A DNA stretch of 60,678 bases, filler included, from Platydemus manokwari (taxonomy: Eukaryota), in assembly GCA_037951405.1 (NCBI GenBank). It is 5 parts of 5 records of this genome, joined end to end, with 100 filler letters (N's around TTAATTAATTAA, not from the genome) between each part and the next. Parts side by side here need not be neighbours in the genome. Positions count along the whole stretch, not along the records: positions 29,164 to 50,318 come from JBBMOY011422533.1; positions 50,419 to 60,678 come from JBBMOY011152660.1; 3 more parts are not named here. The stretch is one strand, 5' to 3'. Positions 46,679 through 60,678 of this stretch are shown here, in pieces. A program made the translations under genes and the position numbers. Within the stretch, counting starts at the first letter, position 1. Every line of letters starts with the position of its first letter. The notes under the pieces were generated by a model. That model ran no database searches. It saw nothing but the letters and a program-made list of their open reading frames with translations, and was not told the origin of the DNA.

Positions 46679-48339
46679 TTCTATAATGCCAAAGCTATTT
46701 CTGTTTTGAGTGCGATTCCGTTAGAAATGGATTATGTAATTGAAAAGTGAAATTTAAACAAAAATATTAATAAATAATATTAATATTTATTTTGAAATTT
46801 GTTTAATTATTTGATTACCTATGATAATAATTCACTGTAAATAAAATTTTGCAAAAATTTTAACAAAAAATGAAAATGTATCTTGAATGTAGAAGATCTT
46901 GTAGAATATCAAATAATAAACGGAACTTGCACAATGATCTCGACCCCCATTCCATCTATAATAATTTGATATTTACGATTAATCTGAGAATCACAGAAGT
47001 ACAATTGTAGAAAGATTAGAAGTGATTCACCAACAGGATGAAAACCACTTTTTCAGTTGAAAAATAGACATGGAAGCCCACAGACCAGAGGGTTTATGAT
47101 TGAATAATATTCGACAAAAAATTAGATGAAACATCACTAACCAGATGGAAAGGACAAAAGAATTCTCGGAAAGATGAGAGACGAATCTTAATAAATGAGA
47201 CCACTCACTTTTTGTACATGATACTTTTTGAACTGCATCTGAAGTATGTCTAAATAGCTTTGTTGTATTTCTCAAGTTATTGTGTTAAACATTTTAATTA
47301 GTGTGAGAATATTAAAATTGGATTATATTTTTACAAATTTAATTTTGTATAAAATTTAAATTTATATGAAGTTTCATTTCGTATAGAATTTAATTTTATT
47401 TAAAATTAGATGTATTGGTTTAGATAATTGTATTTGAATACAGTTTATTATTGTCGTGTCTGTTCAGTTCGTTTTCGAGGCGTGTTTATAAAAAAAAGTA
47501 GCGGCTTACAATTAGTACAAATAAAAAATTATGAAAAAAATAAACATTTTTATAAATGCAGTAATCATAGTTAGAGCAGCCAAACAAATAAACTATGATA
47601 AATAAAACATATAAAGTAACATTTCGTTAAATAAATAATGTCAAAAATATACGAAATAAATAATTACAACTTTTAATTAAGATAAAAAACCTTTAATCAA
47701 AATCTTATCACGTGTTTTATCAAAGTTCTAATACCGTTAGAATTAGGTTTTTTTATCCGGTTACTTAAAATAATAAGATATTGGAAATAACCGAAGTTAA
47801 ACAAACCACTCATCAGCATAATCTGAGGATTATGTAATAGTTTAAATATTTGGAGATGATTAAATATAAATAAAATAATTTGTTATCCTGTGAAAAATAA
47901 AAATTATGAAAAAAAACAAATTTGGAAAAGTTTATATAATACTGAAACTCATTTCAAAGAAACTTAGCTAATAGAAACCATGAAAAGTATCTTCATTAAA
48001 AAAAATTACTGACAGCAACTATGAAAGAAATTGCATTGAAACTGAATCTATAATCAAAGGATATTTTAAAAAAAATATTTTTTCTCTAGGCAAAAATCTT
48101 GATGGAGTCGACTATAAATAACATTGGCTAGTCATATTGTAAAATATGTAATCAAGTATTTAAACTTCATAAGGTCTATCTGGTGATCAACCGACTCACC
48201 GAATTTCCTAGACTTACATTAAGAAACGTTCAAAGTGTGTAAGCATTGATAATCAATTATAAAAGCTTTTATTTTATTTCTTATGAGTCTTTATCGATAA
48301 ATCATGATTCGTGTTGACTTACAAGAATAATTCTAGCCA

Positions 48340-49141
48340 TAAATGGGCCGACAAAAAAGTTTAGTTTTTATCAGTATGAAAATATCTGAAGATTAAAGTT
48401 AAAAATTTCTAGGCAGATATTTCTTGGGTAAATTTTCTAAGGTAGATCATTAACAAGACGGGAAAGTCCAAGATTTAAATTTAAATTAATCGATTAAAGT
48501 TGGTTATATGATTTAGCTTGAAAGATGAAGGAAAAGTGATGCGATATACATTTCTTCATTGCAACTTTAACACGAAACAACTTTTCGGGTACCGAAATCC
48601 ATCGCTTTCTTATCGAAAGTTTAGGAGTAAAGAACGTCTTCAGCCTTCGGAGAGTACAACAGATATTTAAAGAGTTTTTAGGAGAAAACCGAACACTTTT
48701 TGAGCGAAAATAGCTTTCAAAAAGACCAAGAACGAGCATTCCAGAAGGGAATGACATTATTGTGAGCAAAAAATTAAGCTGTACAGCCATTCCAAGAGTC
48801 ACTGACATTAAAGAAACGAAAGTTCGCCGCACATTGAAACAAGAACTTCAAAAGCAGTCACTTTACGGAAGATGGATTCCTCACATTTTGACGGATAATA
48901 AGAAGAGAATTAGAGTCACTTGCGGTCAAGAAATATATACCGGCCTACTCACCCGACACAAACCTCATGGATTGCTTTATCTTCAGGAATTACGAGTGCA
49001 ACTGACGTGGAAAAAACTTCTGTAATTCACGATTTTCGCCAATATTTGGAGTCAACATCGGAAGCCAAGCTCACAAGCGAGTTTCAAAATTTTACACGTC
49101 ACATCCAGAGTGTCATTGAAGCTGATGGAGACTATACCTAA
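48340..49141 (+). mobile_element. Internally deleted mariner/Tc1 transposase pseudogene
   Basis: TIR-like gggccgacaaaaaagttt; N-terminal HTH (EIHRFL...SLRRVQQIFKEF...RPRT); RWIPHILT (WVPHEL motif); C-terminus VIEADGDY. Catalytic DD(34)D region deleted. Confidence 0.8.
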
Positions 49142-49564
49142 GGTCTGTTATGGTTGGCTAACATTTTTAGTATGATTGCGCATGCAATTTTCACAAATAA
49201 ATGTGTTAGATTTGTTTTATTTATTATTTTTTTAGATTTTGTTGAGATTTCATCGACGTAGAAAAACGGAATTTTTTTGCCGATCCCGATATATAACACT
49301 AACCTATAGTAATAGTTTGAATCTAATATATTAGCAATTAGTATTTGGCCAACCAAGATATTGTAACTGAATCAGAGGATATTATTATATAAAGCAATTC
49401 TTTATGAATCCACAATTCAACAAAATGGAATAATTTACATTGAATTTTAGAAAGGAAAATGTAATATTGACAGCTAAGCAGAAAAACGTCAAGTTTTAAC
49501 ATCAAAAACAAATATTGTAAATAAATTGTAGCTTTAATCCTTTCTTTCGTCTGCATGGACTATT

Positions 49565-50013
49565 TGTAGGACGGGTCTCAAAAACAGCCAAAATGTGCAC
49601 ATGGAAAAGGGAAAACCCTTAAGGGTTGACACACAGAGATTCAGTTAACCCACGTGCCAAGGTCAATCAGATTCTATTTAATATCAATTCGTATTTAGAA
49701 ATTAATAATAAATGGTAACAAACACTGATATTCTTCTATGGCATGAGAGATGTAAGAAAAATTACTAACATATCCATGTACGACCAAAATCAGCATCATA
49801 CGTACAGGTACAATAGGTCTATAAAAGAGGCTAGATTCCGTGTGCATCTGCCAGTCTTTTTGATACGTAAAATCCATTCTGTTCTTTGACTTTTGTGTGA
49901 TTTTTCTGACAGCCAATCTTTTTGGTTGTCTTCTGTTCTGTATTCGACTTTTTGGTGCTAATTCCGTCTTGAGTGATAATTTACTATTGTGTTGTAATAC
50001 GATTTTAATTACA
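49565..50013 (+). mobile_element. Probable solo LTR
   Basis: TGTAGG...TTACA ends, CTATAAAAG TATA box at ~49819, T-rich U5-like part; CTATT on both flanks (TSD-like, 1-nt offset). Confidence 0.55.
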
Positions 50014-50318
50014 TCTATTTTCGAAACAAACTTGTGATTATGTAGTTTACATTATATAATTTATTGTTAATTAATAGTCAAGATATTATGTGCTGCTATT
50101 TCATAAAATACAATTTTAAAACGAATGAACAATAACATTTAGCCAAAACATTTGAACAAACTATTTAAAGATTTTTTATTTATTTTATTGGGTCTATAAC
50201 TTAATAACCGGAATTTGACACCAGATGTAAACACTTGTGTGTGTGTTGTAGCAAATCATTAACATACACGTCATTTTGAAGCTCTATTCATAAGCTATCA
50301 AAATCAGTCAACATTGTT

Positions 50319-50418
50319 NNNNNNNNNNNNNNNNNNNNNNNNNNNNNNNNNNNNNNNNNNNNTTAATTAATTAANNNNNNNNNNNNNNNNNNNNNNNNNN
50401 NNNNNNNNNNNNNNNNNN
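50319..50418. other. Scaffold gap with artificial linker
   Basis: Same N/TTAATTAATTAA/N structure. Confidence 0.98.
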
Positions 50419-50793
50419 ATTTGTTTAAATACTATATATTTGTACAATCTTTTGAATTAATAAATATTAATATTTACTAATCTTTATCACAAATTTAATA
50501 ACATGTATTTTTCTTGTTGACTTCTAAATATCGTTTTCAATACACATTTATAAAAATCGTAGAAGCTAATAAGTATTAAACAATAACAATTATATATTTT
50601 TGTCAATTATACATTATTTCTTTTATAAAATTTTACTGAAGTAGTGATCAATTAGATTAAAAACGATAAAAAACTAAGTTGCAAATAATTCATAAGATAA
50701 TCGCTAAAAAATAATTTTTAATGATAAAATTGACTGCAAATTTACAATGAAAGGAGAATCACAAAAGAAAGTTATAAGATCTAGTGTCAAATA

Positions 50794-53700
50794 TTAGGAA
50801 CACAATTTAGCAAAGCATTCCGTACAATAAGGCAGGTTTTTACTCTCTTTAAAAGTACACTTTGCAAGGCTCTTTAAACAATAACTACAGGTGAAACACT
50901 GTACGTGATACTTCTTCCCCAATGCATTTACCAAGCTGGTAGTAATTGGTAATTTGCACACTCCACAAATCTTTCCCATTTTGACATGGTAGTGCTGAAC
51001 ACAATATGGTTCTCCATCTATCTCATGGAAATTGTACGTTTCAAATGGCTGTTGACAATCCTAAATTCGGAAGTTAATTTATTCGAATAAAATCAAAATA
51101 TTTTAAAAATTATTTTCATAAAATTACTATATTTAGTAACATTTAGAATTTTTGTAAACTTCGAATTTCAAGATACTTATTGTAAATTAATTTTCAAAAC
51201 AATTTGCCTTATAAAGTCAATGATATTAAAGATATGACTGCCAAAGACATGATTATAGAAAAATAATCAGTTCTATTAAATATTAATTTGTAGGGCAAAT
51301 AATTCTCAAGAAAATTTTAAATATAAATTATCCCTCCATCTATTTCAACTAATTGGTTTTATTTTTTTTCTGAAAAACTTTTAGAAAATCATTAGCTACT
51401 TGATTAAATAACTTAAAAAACAATTAGTTAGGCAGCAGTCAAATCGTTTTGTTTCTTTGCATATTTCCATTAATTTCATAAAGATAAAAGCATCAACGAA
51501 AGGAACATAATAGTTATATATATATATCCAAAGGAGTGGCAATCAAATTATAAGTATTATCATATAATTTCTCAGTAAGATCGTTTATTTGTAATATTAA
51601 GGCACCTAACATAAAATCAGAGCTCATGATAAACATAAAAATTATGCTGTTCCACTTAGTCATCTGTAAGCGGAAATTTAGAGCACTGAATCAGAAAATG
51701 AGAATGGCGCGTTAAATATATAGACATAATATATGCATTAAAATTTATATCATAAAAGATATTTCACTATACCGTGCAAACGAAACATTGATCATGCCAT
51801 TTCTGACCCATTGCACTTAAAAATGTAGAAGTGATAGGATTTTTGCAACCGGCGCAACGCGATCCAAAGAGGTCGAAATAACATTCACTAAATACATGAG
51901 CCAATGAAATGTTAACTGTGATTATTGAAACTTACGAACAGTACGGTTTATGTAGATGTTCATGAAATCCGACTTCATCAAAAGGAGCTTGACATGATGT
52001 ACAGAAAAAATGCTCCGGATGCCAATGTTGGTCAAGAGCTGTTAAAGAAGTCTACAAATAACAAAAGAGTTATTATATGGAATTTTCCATATATATACAT
52101 ACATATATATATATATATTTCCATGCTATGTGAACTAAATTCTTTATATTAAATAAAATATATGAGAGTTTATTAAAATAAAAAAAATTAATTGGCTGAA
52201 AACATTAATAATATTTCAAGGTTAAAATAATATCTTTCAATAATATCAATAATGAAAGGCCAAGATAATAAATCATGCCAGACCAATAAAAATATTAAAC
52301 TAATAAAATAATCATAAAATTTCTGAACTTCGTGGGAAATCATACAATTACTTTCGAGAACAAGGAATGTAATTGAAACAATTGATATCTTCACTTACAA
52401 TATCAAATAACCAAAATACTGTCAGAATGATTCATGATAATGGATATAAATATGCTATTTAGTGCAAATCTCGAACGAAAACGAAGACCAATTGAATTCA
52501 AGTGAAACTGACCTAACGAATTGTGATAAGGTTGTAATCGCTACCAGTGAATATATACCGGGATTGTGTCGATTGGAAACTGGGAATTGAATGATCTTAA
52601 AAAGTGTGATCTTATAGATCTAACAATTGACACAGATGCAATTATATTTAAAATATTTGTTCATATAATTGCATTGTAATTGAGGAAACTGTTCTCGAGT
52701 TTCACTCTCCTTCATATTTTGATAAATTATTGAACGAAATTAGCGTATCAAATAGGTGTTTATAAAATAAAGTGTAAAAGAGATAAATACCGGAAATGTA
52801 TCGTCGATCGAATTATTTAATTGGTTAAGTCCTGAAATTTATATCGAATTCATAAGCTGGGTTAATGCACAGTTATAATCAATATACAGAAACTACACAA
52901 CACACGCACACGCACACACACATATATATACATAGCAAATAATTCTCGTAATATAAATAAATAAAATTTTATTATAATATTCATATCATAAACAAATTTA
53001 ATGTGAAAATTCTTTTAGTAACCGATTTGAATAAAGGCAATTTTAATGACATTGCCTAAAGACAAAATCATGGGATACATTTCCAATCAAATTATAATTG
53101 GAATTACATTTCAAATCAATCCATCAGATAATAATAATTGGGAAAAATATCCCATCAAAAGCTTTGATCTCAACTTAACCGACTCAAATAAAATCGAAAT
53201 GTTTTACTATTTTATACTTTATTTTATTGATTTTTATAAATAAATATATTCAATATTAAATTATCAAAAATAATAATTAATAAATAAATTACAATCAATA
53301 CAAAATATCGATTTTATCCGTTAAAAAAAATATTTCAATCTCGCGAAGACGGGAAAGCATTTGATAGGATCACGATAGTACAAATTTAGATAAACAATTA
53401 CAATAATAGAGCTTTAATGAATGGATTGTTTGGAGAGTTTTGCAGTGGACAAGGAAATACACAATACTCAGTCACATGAACACATCAATCTAAAATATAA
53501 TAATGCAATCTATTATTCTAATTTTCAAAATTTAACTCAATACAACGGACAATAGATTAGTTATTTTTGTTTTTTGTTGATGTGTAATCGATGTTGTCAG
53601 GGAAATATCAATGGAAATCAAGTCTAAACGCTCAAATTTCATTTTTCCAATTTGATAGAAAATTCCGAAAAAATCAAAATATTTTTCGATTCATTTCATC

Positions 53701-56700
53701 AAATCTGAAAGCCACCAAATCTATACGAATTCCTTTCATTTGGTGTGTTGTTAATGTGTTCGATACAAGTGTCATCATCATAAACGAATTGATATATAGA
53801 TTGTTTACGAGTGCAAAAATTCATAAGATAAATAAGAATAAAATTTGATTGTATCAAGTGATAGAGTGTTCCATCGATCAAGCCGCCACATAACCTCCAA
53901 TTAATGAATCACACTCATCACACTGCTTCAATTTCTGAGACAATTACATTATTTTTGGCTCAAATGAATCTTCTGACATTGGATACTTGACATCAAATAT
54001 GATTTTCGATCTATTTTTCATATCGAAATCTATTTATCCAGACAATTATCGATCGACATTGCCCAAGTTTTTCCGTGAATCGAGTAAGATTCATTAAAGA
54101 ATTTCGTGATGATTTTCAAACATTGATAAAACAAATAAATCATTAATTTAATCAAGTTATCTACGATCAATTCATATTTCTTACTGAAAAAAATAGTGCA
54201 TTCATGAATTATTAAGTTTACTTAACATATTTCTTAAATATCGATTTAAAAAAAAAAAATTTATTCCATGGTAACAGTGGTGAAAGAGTCTTGAAATTTA
54301 CCATTTTACCAATAATGGTGACTGGGCGTCATTGGATGATTTGACTATTAAATGCATAGCCACCGCCACACCGCCGCCCTCCCCCCAATACAGTTGGCAC
54401 CAATTGTCTGGGCGATGATTCCAAAAGTTATTCGATTTTTATAATTTGTAATTCAATAATCCACCCCCCCAGAATTTTGCTGCTCCAATTTCATTTTATG
54501 GGAAATTGTTTTGAGAAATATTAACTGACATCACAATATCATATTATAAACCAATCGATTCAGAAACGATGGATTACACATGACAATTAATCTGGAAAGA
54601 AATTCTCTTATAAAATTTATCATCGAACAAAAGTATCCCGAAATCGTAATTTGTTTAGCCATGAAAAATGTCCATTTTGCCACTGACAAATTAGAATATA
54701 ATCGATTCAGAGATGAATAAATACAGCATTCAGTTTAATTATTAATTCAATCAAATCAGATTTGATAGAAAAAATCAATAATAATTATAGTATAGTTGGC
54801 ATAACACCGAAGGCGTGTGTTAGTAAATCTAATCATAATTGATGTTAACATGCTATTGATACATCTTAGAGAATTGAAAACTAACATCAAGTATTGGCTC
54901 TCCACAATATGCACATTTGTCGGTAAATAAATTGATATGGCACATTTCACAGTAGGGCTGTTGATTATCCACATAATACACCGCTGATTCCAAAAGCATT
55001 TCGCAGCCGTAACAAATGAAATGTTGCTGATGCCAGTAACCATTGAGTGCAGCAATACTCTGAAAAAAAAATCAAAAATTCAAATCACTATTTTTCACCT
55101 TGACATCTGTAGGCAAGTAACAAAAACTCGATCTACAATTTCTGGAAAATGTACACCCAAAATTTTCGTTGGAACGCGTGTGTGTGTGTTTTGTGTGGAA
55201 AGATTTTACATTGGTGATCAAATGCAATTGAAGGAATTTATGCACTTCTCCTATGTGGGTTGTTATGTTAATTGGTGATGAGAGAGTGAATGAAATGATT
55301 TGACAAATTGGTTATGATAACAACAGTATCAATCGAAAGATTATCGATATTTAACAGATTCCAATAAAAATTTAATCTTTCAGTTCCAGTTATTGGAAAA
55401 ATCGATAAATCATATGTTCAACATCGATTAAATCGTGCCAGAGCAAGTTAAAATTTCAACAATTGTTGATGAGATATGATTGATTTCAATCAATTCATTT
55501 CAATGTGTCTATGACAGATCGATATATAAATAATGTTTCACTAACATTTTCAAATATGGCCTCATTGCACAACATACATAGCGGTATCGATGATGATTTG
55601 TCATCGACAGTTTTTTGGAGTAGTGTTTTTTCATCTGACTTTTCTGTCAATCGTGAATTAATACTGCTGGGGCTGGAGTTGTTTTGTAAATTATAGCTGT
55701 ACAGATAATCTGGGCCTATGCTGCCTCCATTTTCGTCGTATAAATTGGAACTTGAGGTTTGGTTAAGCTGTGAAAGCGATATTTTTATGAAGATATCATT
55801 AAAAGTAAACAATATAATATTTAATAAAACATTACCGTTGCCAAGACTCTATCCATTCGTATTTTTTAATATCGATAATTTTAGAATGAAAAATTAAAAA
55901 AAAAACAACTCTGAATTCACATATAAAAACTCATGTATCCTTGTTTATTTTTGTGACCGTAGGTATTCTATTCAAATTCCAAGTGACTAGTAGCTACAAA
56001 AAAGACAAAATGACATTTACAACCAAAACTGCTGATATTTCCGTCATAGCCTACAGGTAACATTAAGATTTTATTACACACAATCTCTTTGAGATTCTTA
56101 TAGATTTGATTTGCACACTGACACACTAGAATTATGAGAATTTATTGATTGAAACATCGACAATTCTACCAAAAAGTACAATGATAATCGACTGGATTCT
56201 GTTACAAACTCCAGCAGTAAGCAAAACCTGGAAATTTTCCAAAACTTACCGCTGGAACGCGTTGATTATGACTGCATTTGGGTTCCATTAATTTTAATTA
56301 TGAAACATAAATCCAATTCATAATAGGATTAATAAAATAATCATGAAACTGAAACACAAAAAGATACTAAAGTACAGGAAAATAAATCTCGGGAAATGGC
56401 TATATAAGGAAAATTTATAAAAAACGAAAATTAAATTTTGTTTTGAGAATATTCAAGTTGATGGCTTTCATTATTTTCTGACATCAATTGGAACTACAGG
56501 ATAGGACCCCCTCAACGTGTGGGGAAAATAATTTATTTATTCCATTTGGAAGAAACATTCATATAGATCAATAGTTCATTGCACAAGGCAGCTCTTAACA
56601 GAATGAGTTCATTTTAAATCGAACACGATAATAACGAATAGGAAAGTACTAAAAAATCCTTTTAAAAATGGACTACCCTCATAACATTAACATTTCATTT

Positions 56701-59495
56701 TATTCAAACCAGCTTCTGCAGAATTAATTTCAAGTTTAAATCCATAAAGCATTATTTACTACAATTTTTTGAGGGCTTGAAATATTTTCAGAATTCATGC
56801 TAACAGGCCGGAAATCAACCAATAAGAAAATAATATTGATTTTCCTATATAACTGACACACAGTAAATAATGAAGCCATTCATAGGTAAGGTTCTTTTAT
56901 TAGAGATGACGTAAAAATATCACTGAATTCAACAGATATATGGCTTAATCGGCAATATAGTCTTCATTATTTCAATTTTAGGAAAAGTTTATTGAAAACT
57001 TTTAATTCCGCTCAACACAGATGAGTGTTGTTTTGACGTTGAATATTCTTTGAGTGTTTCCCTTATACCTGAAATGGTAAGAGGGTTTCGAATATATATT
57101 GGTGATATTTGAAGAGACTCTGATTATACCGATTTCAAACCGACTGGATTATATGAGTTATGTGTCCAGTGTTTCCAAATTTCTTGGATAATTCAAGTCT
57201 ATAGATTATCCAAGTATAGGTCTCTGTTAAATGAGCAGAAAATCAAATTGTAGATGGCAACCAGCTGAATTATATCTTCCAAGAAAAGAAAATGCATAGA
57301 ATAATCCTTCTCCAATCAGCAATTTAATTCTAACCTCATTGAACATAATATTTTTGTGGAACATAACAATTTCTATGAATTTATGGAATCTAAATTGAGT
57401 ATCTTATATCAATATTGATAGATTCTCACAGCTAAATCATCAGCATAGACAGTAAAATCGATATTGATGTCATTGTTATAATGCTTTGATAAGTCAAATT
57501 ATTGTCATGATAAGAGTGTTTGTTAAATCTCAAAAAATGATTTCATTTGTGGGTTAATATTAACTGATGCTTGAACTCATGGCCCAAGTAAAAGCGAGGG
57601 TTTATCTGGATACCTACATCAGGTGAATTGTATCTCCAAAACGGTATTCTACTCGGGAATTTGAAATGGTTGTTATAAACATGCTATTAGTAACCTGTTC
57701 AAAGAAAGTCATTAACAGAGAAATCGATACACAGTAACAGATAATTGTGTAAATCATCATCTAAATCTTTACAAAATTTCTCAATCTGAATTCAACAGAC
57801 TGCTTGACAACAATAACATCAATATTTCATATCGATTGTATATCAAAGCATCCGCTTTATTGGCTTGAAGTACACACTAATAAAAGAACTCGTTAAATTC
57901 AGGAAAATTCAAATGACCAAAGGAGAATGCAATAAATATTGGATTGAATTATTATTTCGATTCTTTTCAATTTTACAGAATAGTGCGTCACATTGGCAGT
58001 ACAATGAATCACAGTAGAGATTAATCGGTGAATATACCAGTTGTGAATATATTGTTGATGGAATGACAAATTCTGTAAAACAATGTTGTGCGTATGTATA
58101 CAAATATTATGCACACGCACACACCCACACACACATACCAATGAAAATGATTTTCGCAGCATAAATCTGACACTTTTTAACAACTACATTATCGATAGAT
58201 AAAATCACAGAATTGAAATCAGGTGTTTCAAATAAATTAATCGAACTTATTCTGCTCGTATTGATAATATCGATAAAATTTCATTAAAATTTGCCAGACA
58301 AATATCGATTTATTTATCACTAATAATGATAAACATTGTTAATCAGTAAATAACAACGAGAATGCCAACTAATATCACTAAATGCAGATCGGAATCAGTG
58401 TTGCAAACAATTGACAAATCAATAATATTTTTAAATCAATGTATTTATAAATGAAATGTGACCAGATCGATAAGGAAATTGATGTAAAAATCATAAACTG
58501 GTAAATATCCCGATCTATATCTCCAGGAAAATAATATCGATCGACGTTTATAAATATGTATTCATTCCAATTATTATCGATTTTATAATTTTGGTTATAT
58601 CTTGATACAACTCTAATGATGGTGATAGCAAAAACCAGTCTGTTCTGATTTTTGATAAAATAATTTTTAAATAAAATAATTTTGTTTAAATTAAGCGAAT
58701 TAAATAATTATTAAATAGCTAATAGAGCACTTTTAGACTTACAGAAAGGACAATAAACGATGAAAAATATCAATAAATGTTAATTGTTATCTATTCAATA
58801 ATAATTAATTGTGATTAATTACCTTATATTGACTGAGAGAAGTCAACAAATGATCCAAATCTTGAGTTACTCGAGCTGCATCGGATTTATTGCTTGTGAA
58901 GCTGTTAGAATTCGACAAAGATCGTTTCTTTTTCCAATTATTACTATCACTATCAACATGATGTTTAATTTCGTCAACGAAACCGTAAACAAACCTTTTC
59001 AAAAGAGTTGCATCTTCAATCAAGGAGTTATCTAAATAAAGAAAAAATATTTAAATCGTGTGAAACAATCACTAAGCACACACGCACACACACTAGCCTA
59101 AACAACATAAAATCCAAAAGTTCGCCGGAGACGTAGTGCTCGTCAACGAATTACTCGAATTTTTAAACAGAAAAATCATGAAAACCAAAATTATGTAATC
59201 GGAAAAAGTACACAACGTGCCATAAACTCACATAATATGTACCAAACACAGAAGTTGAGAGTGAAAATCATTGATTTAATGATAAATTTTTGAAATAAAA
59301 CAAAACTTATTGATTATAATTATCTCAATCCTCACCTTCAGCCAAGCAAGACAAAATCTCATTCTGTGGCCTATCCAATAAATCAATAAGGCGATTAATT
59401 TCCAAAATATTCGTCTTTAAACCGTTATTTTCAATCATTTGTGGCTTCTGAATCAATTCTACCAACACAGAACTATTATAAGCTCCTTGAATCAT
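50794..59495 (-). CDS. Paxillin/leupaxin/TGFB1I1-family adaptor (LD motif + four LIM domains, ~420 aa)
   Basis: Exons 59336-59495 (tentative), 58823-59031, 55546-55767, 54886-55059, 51936-52051, 51773-51887, 50794-51060; phases consistent. LD motif LDHLLTSL. Four LIMs starting CMLC, CAYC (WHPEHFFC), CAGC and CGVC, ending PYCTECFAKL. Confidence 0.88.
56450..57800 (-). mobile_element. Decayed LINE RT fragment (L1/Tx1-like) in a paxillin intron
   Basis: Minus-strand FTVYADDLAV at ~57430-57455 within a long coding-like, stop-ridden block. Confidence 0.5.
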
Positions 59496-60527
59496 TAATA
59501 TCTCTATCCTTGGGATTCGTTGTTATCAAACGGATATAAATGAAGAATAATAATTATTGGAAAAACTTTATTGAATTATGAATTTGAAAATGTGCGATTT
59601 TTTATTACTAACCGTTAAATATTTAAACAAACACAAAAACCATAAAAATTTCTAATGAAAATCTTTATCATTGATTTAAATAGACTGAAGCTAAAACATT
59701 AATATAAAAGTCATGAAAATAACCGATAAATACCTACGATTTATTTTTTGTGGAAATTAGATAAGAATGAATGACTATCGGAAAATTGCATTTTTTCACC
59801 TGATGTAATCTAGCTATTAAAATTAAATAACTTGAATTAAAAATAAAATATCTGTGATGGTGAGACCATTACAAATTTAAAGCAATTTAAAAGCTTCATA
59901 AAAACACTAAAATTCGTTCAAAATGCCAATTAAAACGATTACTTAACTATCGACCAATGTCAAATATAGCTCAGATACTTATAAGATGAATTGTATAACA
60001 ATTACAACATAATGGAGAAGGATGAAATGTTGAATAAACTCAAATAAAAGCTTTTAAAAGAATCGTCTTTTTCTTTAAAATCGGCCATCATTCTTTAATA
60101 TTTTAAAATAATAATAATAAACAAAATATTAATTAATTTGAATTTTTTATCAAAAAATTAAAATCAATACTTATTGATAATGAAAGATATGTTAAAATGA
60201 ATAACCATGTATCCTCATTGACCGCACTTTTATTTTACAAAGATAGATTACAAGTAAAAATCATATATGAGTTAATTCTTTCTCCCGTTGACTTTCTAGA
60301 ACGACTATAAGTGTGCACCAAAAGCCAATTAAAAATCGATAAATTATTTTAACTCCTTTAGAGACTCCTTTAGGTGGAATCAATATCAGACGGAATGGAT
60401 ATTGCAATTAACAACTTTCCCCTATTAAACTACTGTATATCAATGGGAATTATTATATTTATAAATTTACCACTACTAGAATGGTGAACCGCTGTATTAC
60501 AGTTAAATATCCCTCATCGATGTGATT

Positions 60528-60678
60528 TATACGATCTGGTAAATCATAAAATCATTATTATTGGGTCTTTAACTTAAAGAAAATCTTGTACAATTCTGTT
60601 TTCCAAAGTAATGTCCATCGGAAGTTACAACATTTCCCCATCTTTCGGGCAATTTGTGGATGCCATCCCAAAAAAACC
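60528..60678 (-). mobile_element. 3' end of a Mos1-like mariner
   Basis: Minus-strand FWDGIHKLPERWGNVVTSDGHYF is the mariner transposase C-terminus; the element runs off the window. Confidence 0.85.

Noticed and set aside
46679-46690. AG two nt before the EndoU-B ATG as a spliced-leader trans-splice acceptor
   Set aside because: Weak pyrimidine tract; cannot be distinguished from chance or a cis 5' UTR intron without transcripts.
54270-54490. GC-rich ccgcc/cccc patch in a paxillin intron
   Set aside because: Looks like a MITE subterminal remnant; no paired TIR or TSD found.

Overview
AT-rich metazoan genomic DNA with many short (~45-51 nt) GT-AG introns. It is probably a triclad flatworm/planarian, but that is an inference and the species cannot be proven from the sequence. 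Five contigs are joined by 100-bp N/TTAATTAATTAA/N linkers. Host genes: a spliced PRDM14 ortholog (- strand, ~19.8-27.6 kb), two tail-to-tail EndoU ribonuclease paralogs (+ strand partial at 37.3-39.1 kb; - strand complete at 40.5-46.7 kb) and a paxillin-family LD/4xLIM gene (- strand, 50.8-59.5 kb). The rest is mostly decayed transposons (hAT, mariner, Ty3/Gypsy, Penelope-like, REL-endonuclease and other LINEs, LTRs). The most unusual object is a decayed Ty3/Gypsy element at ~29.2-36.7 kb. A chuvirus/herpes-gB-like (class III) fusion glycoprotein lies directly UPSTREAM of protease-dUTPase-like-RT-RNaseH-integrase, with no visible gag between them. Two further unknown ORFs (a signal-peptide/multi-TM protein and an SGNH-like protein with a PSAP motif) lie between integrase and the PPT/3' LTR.
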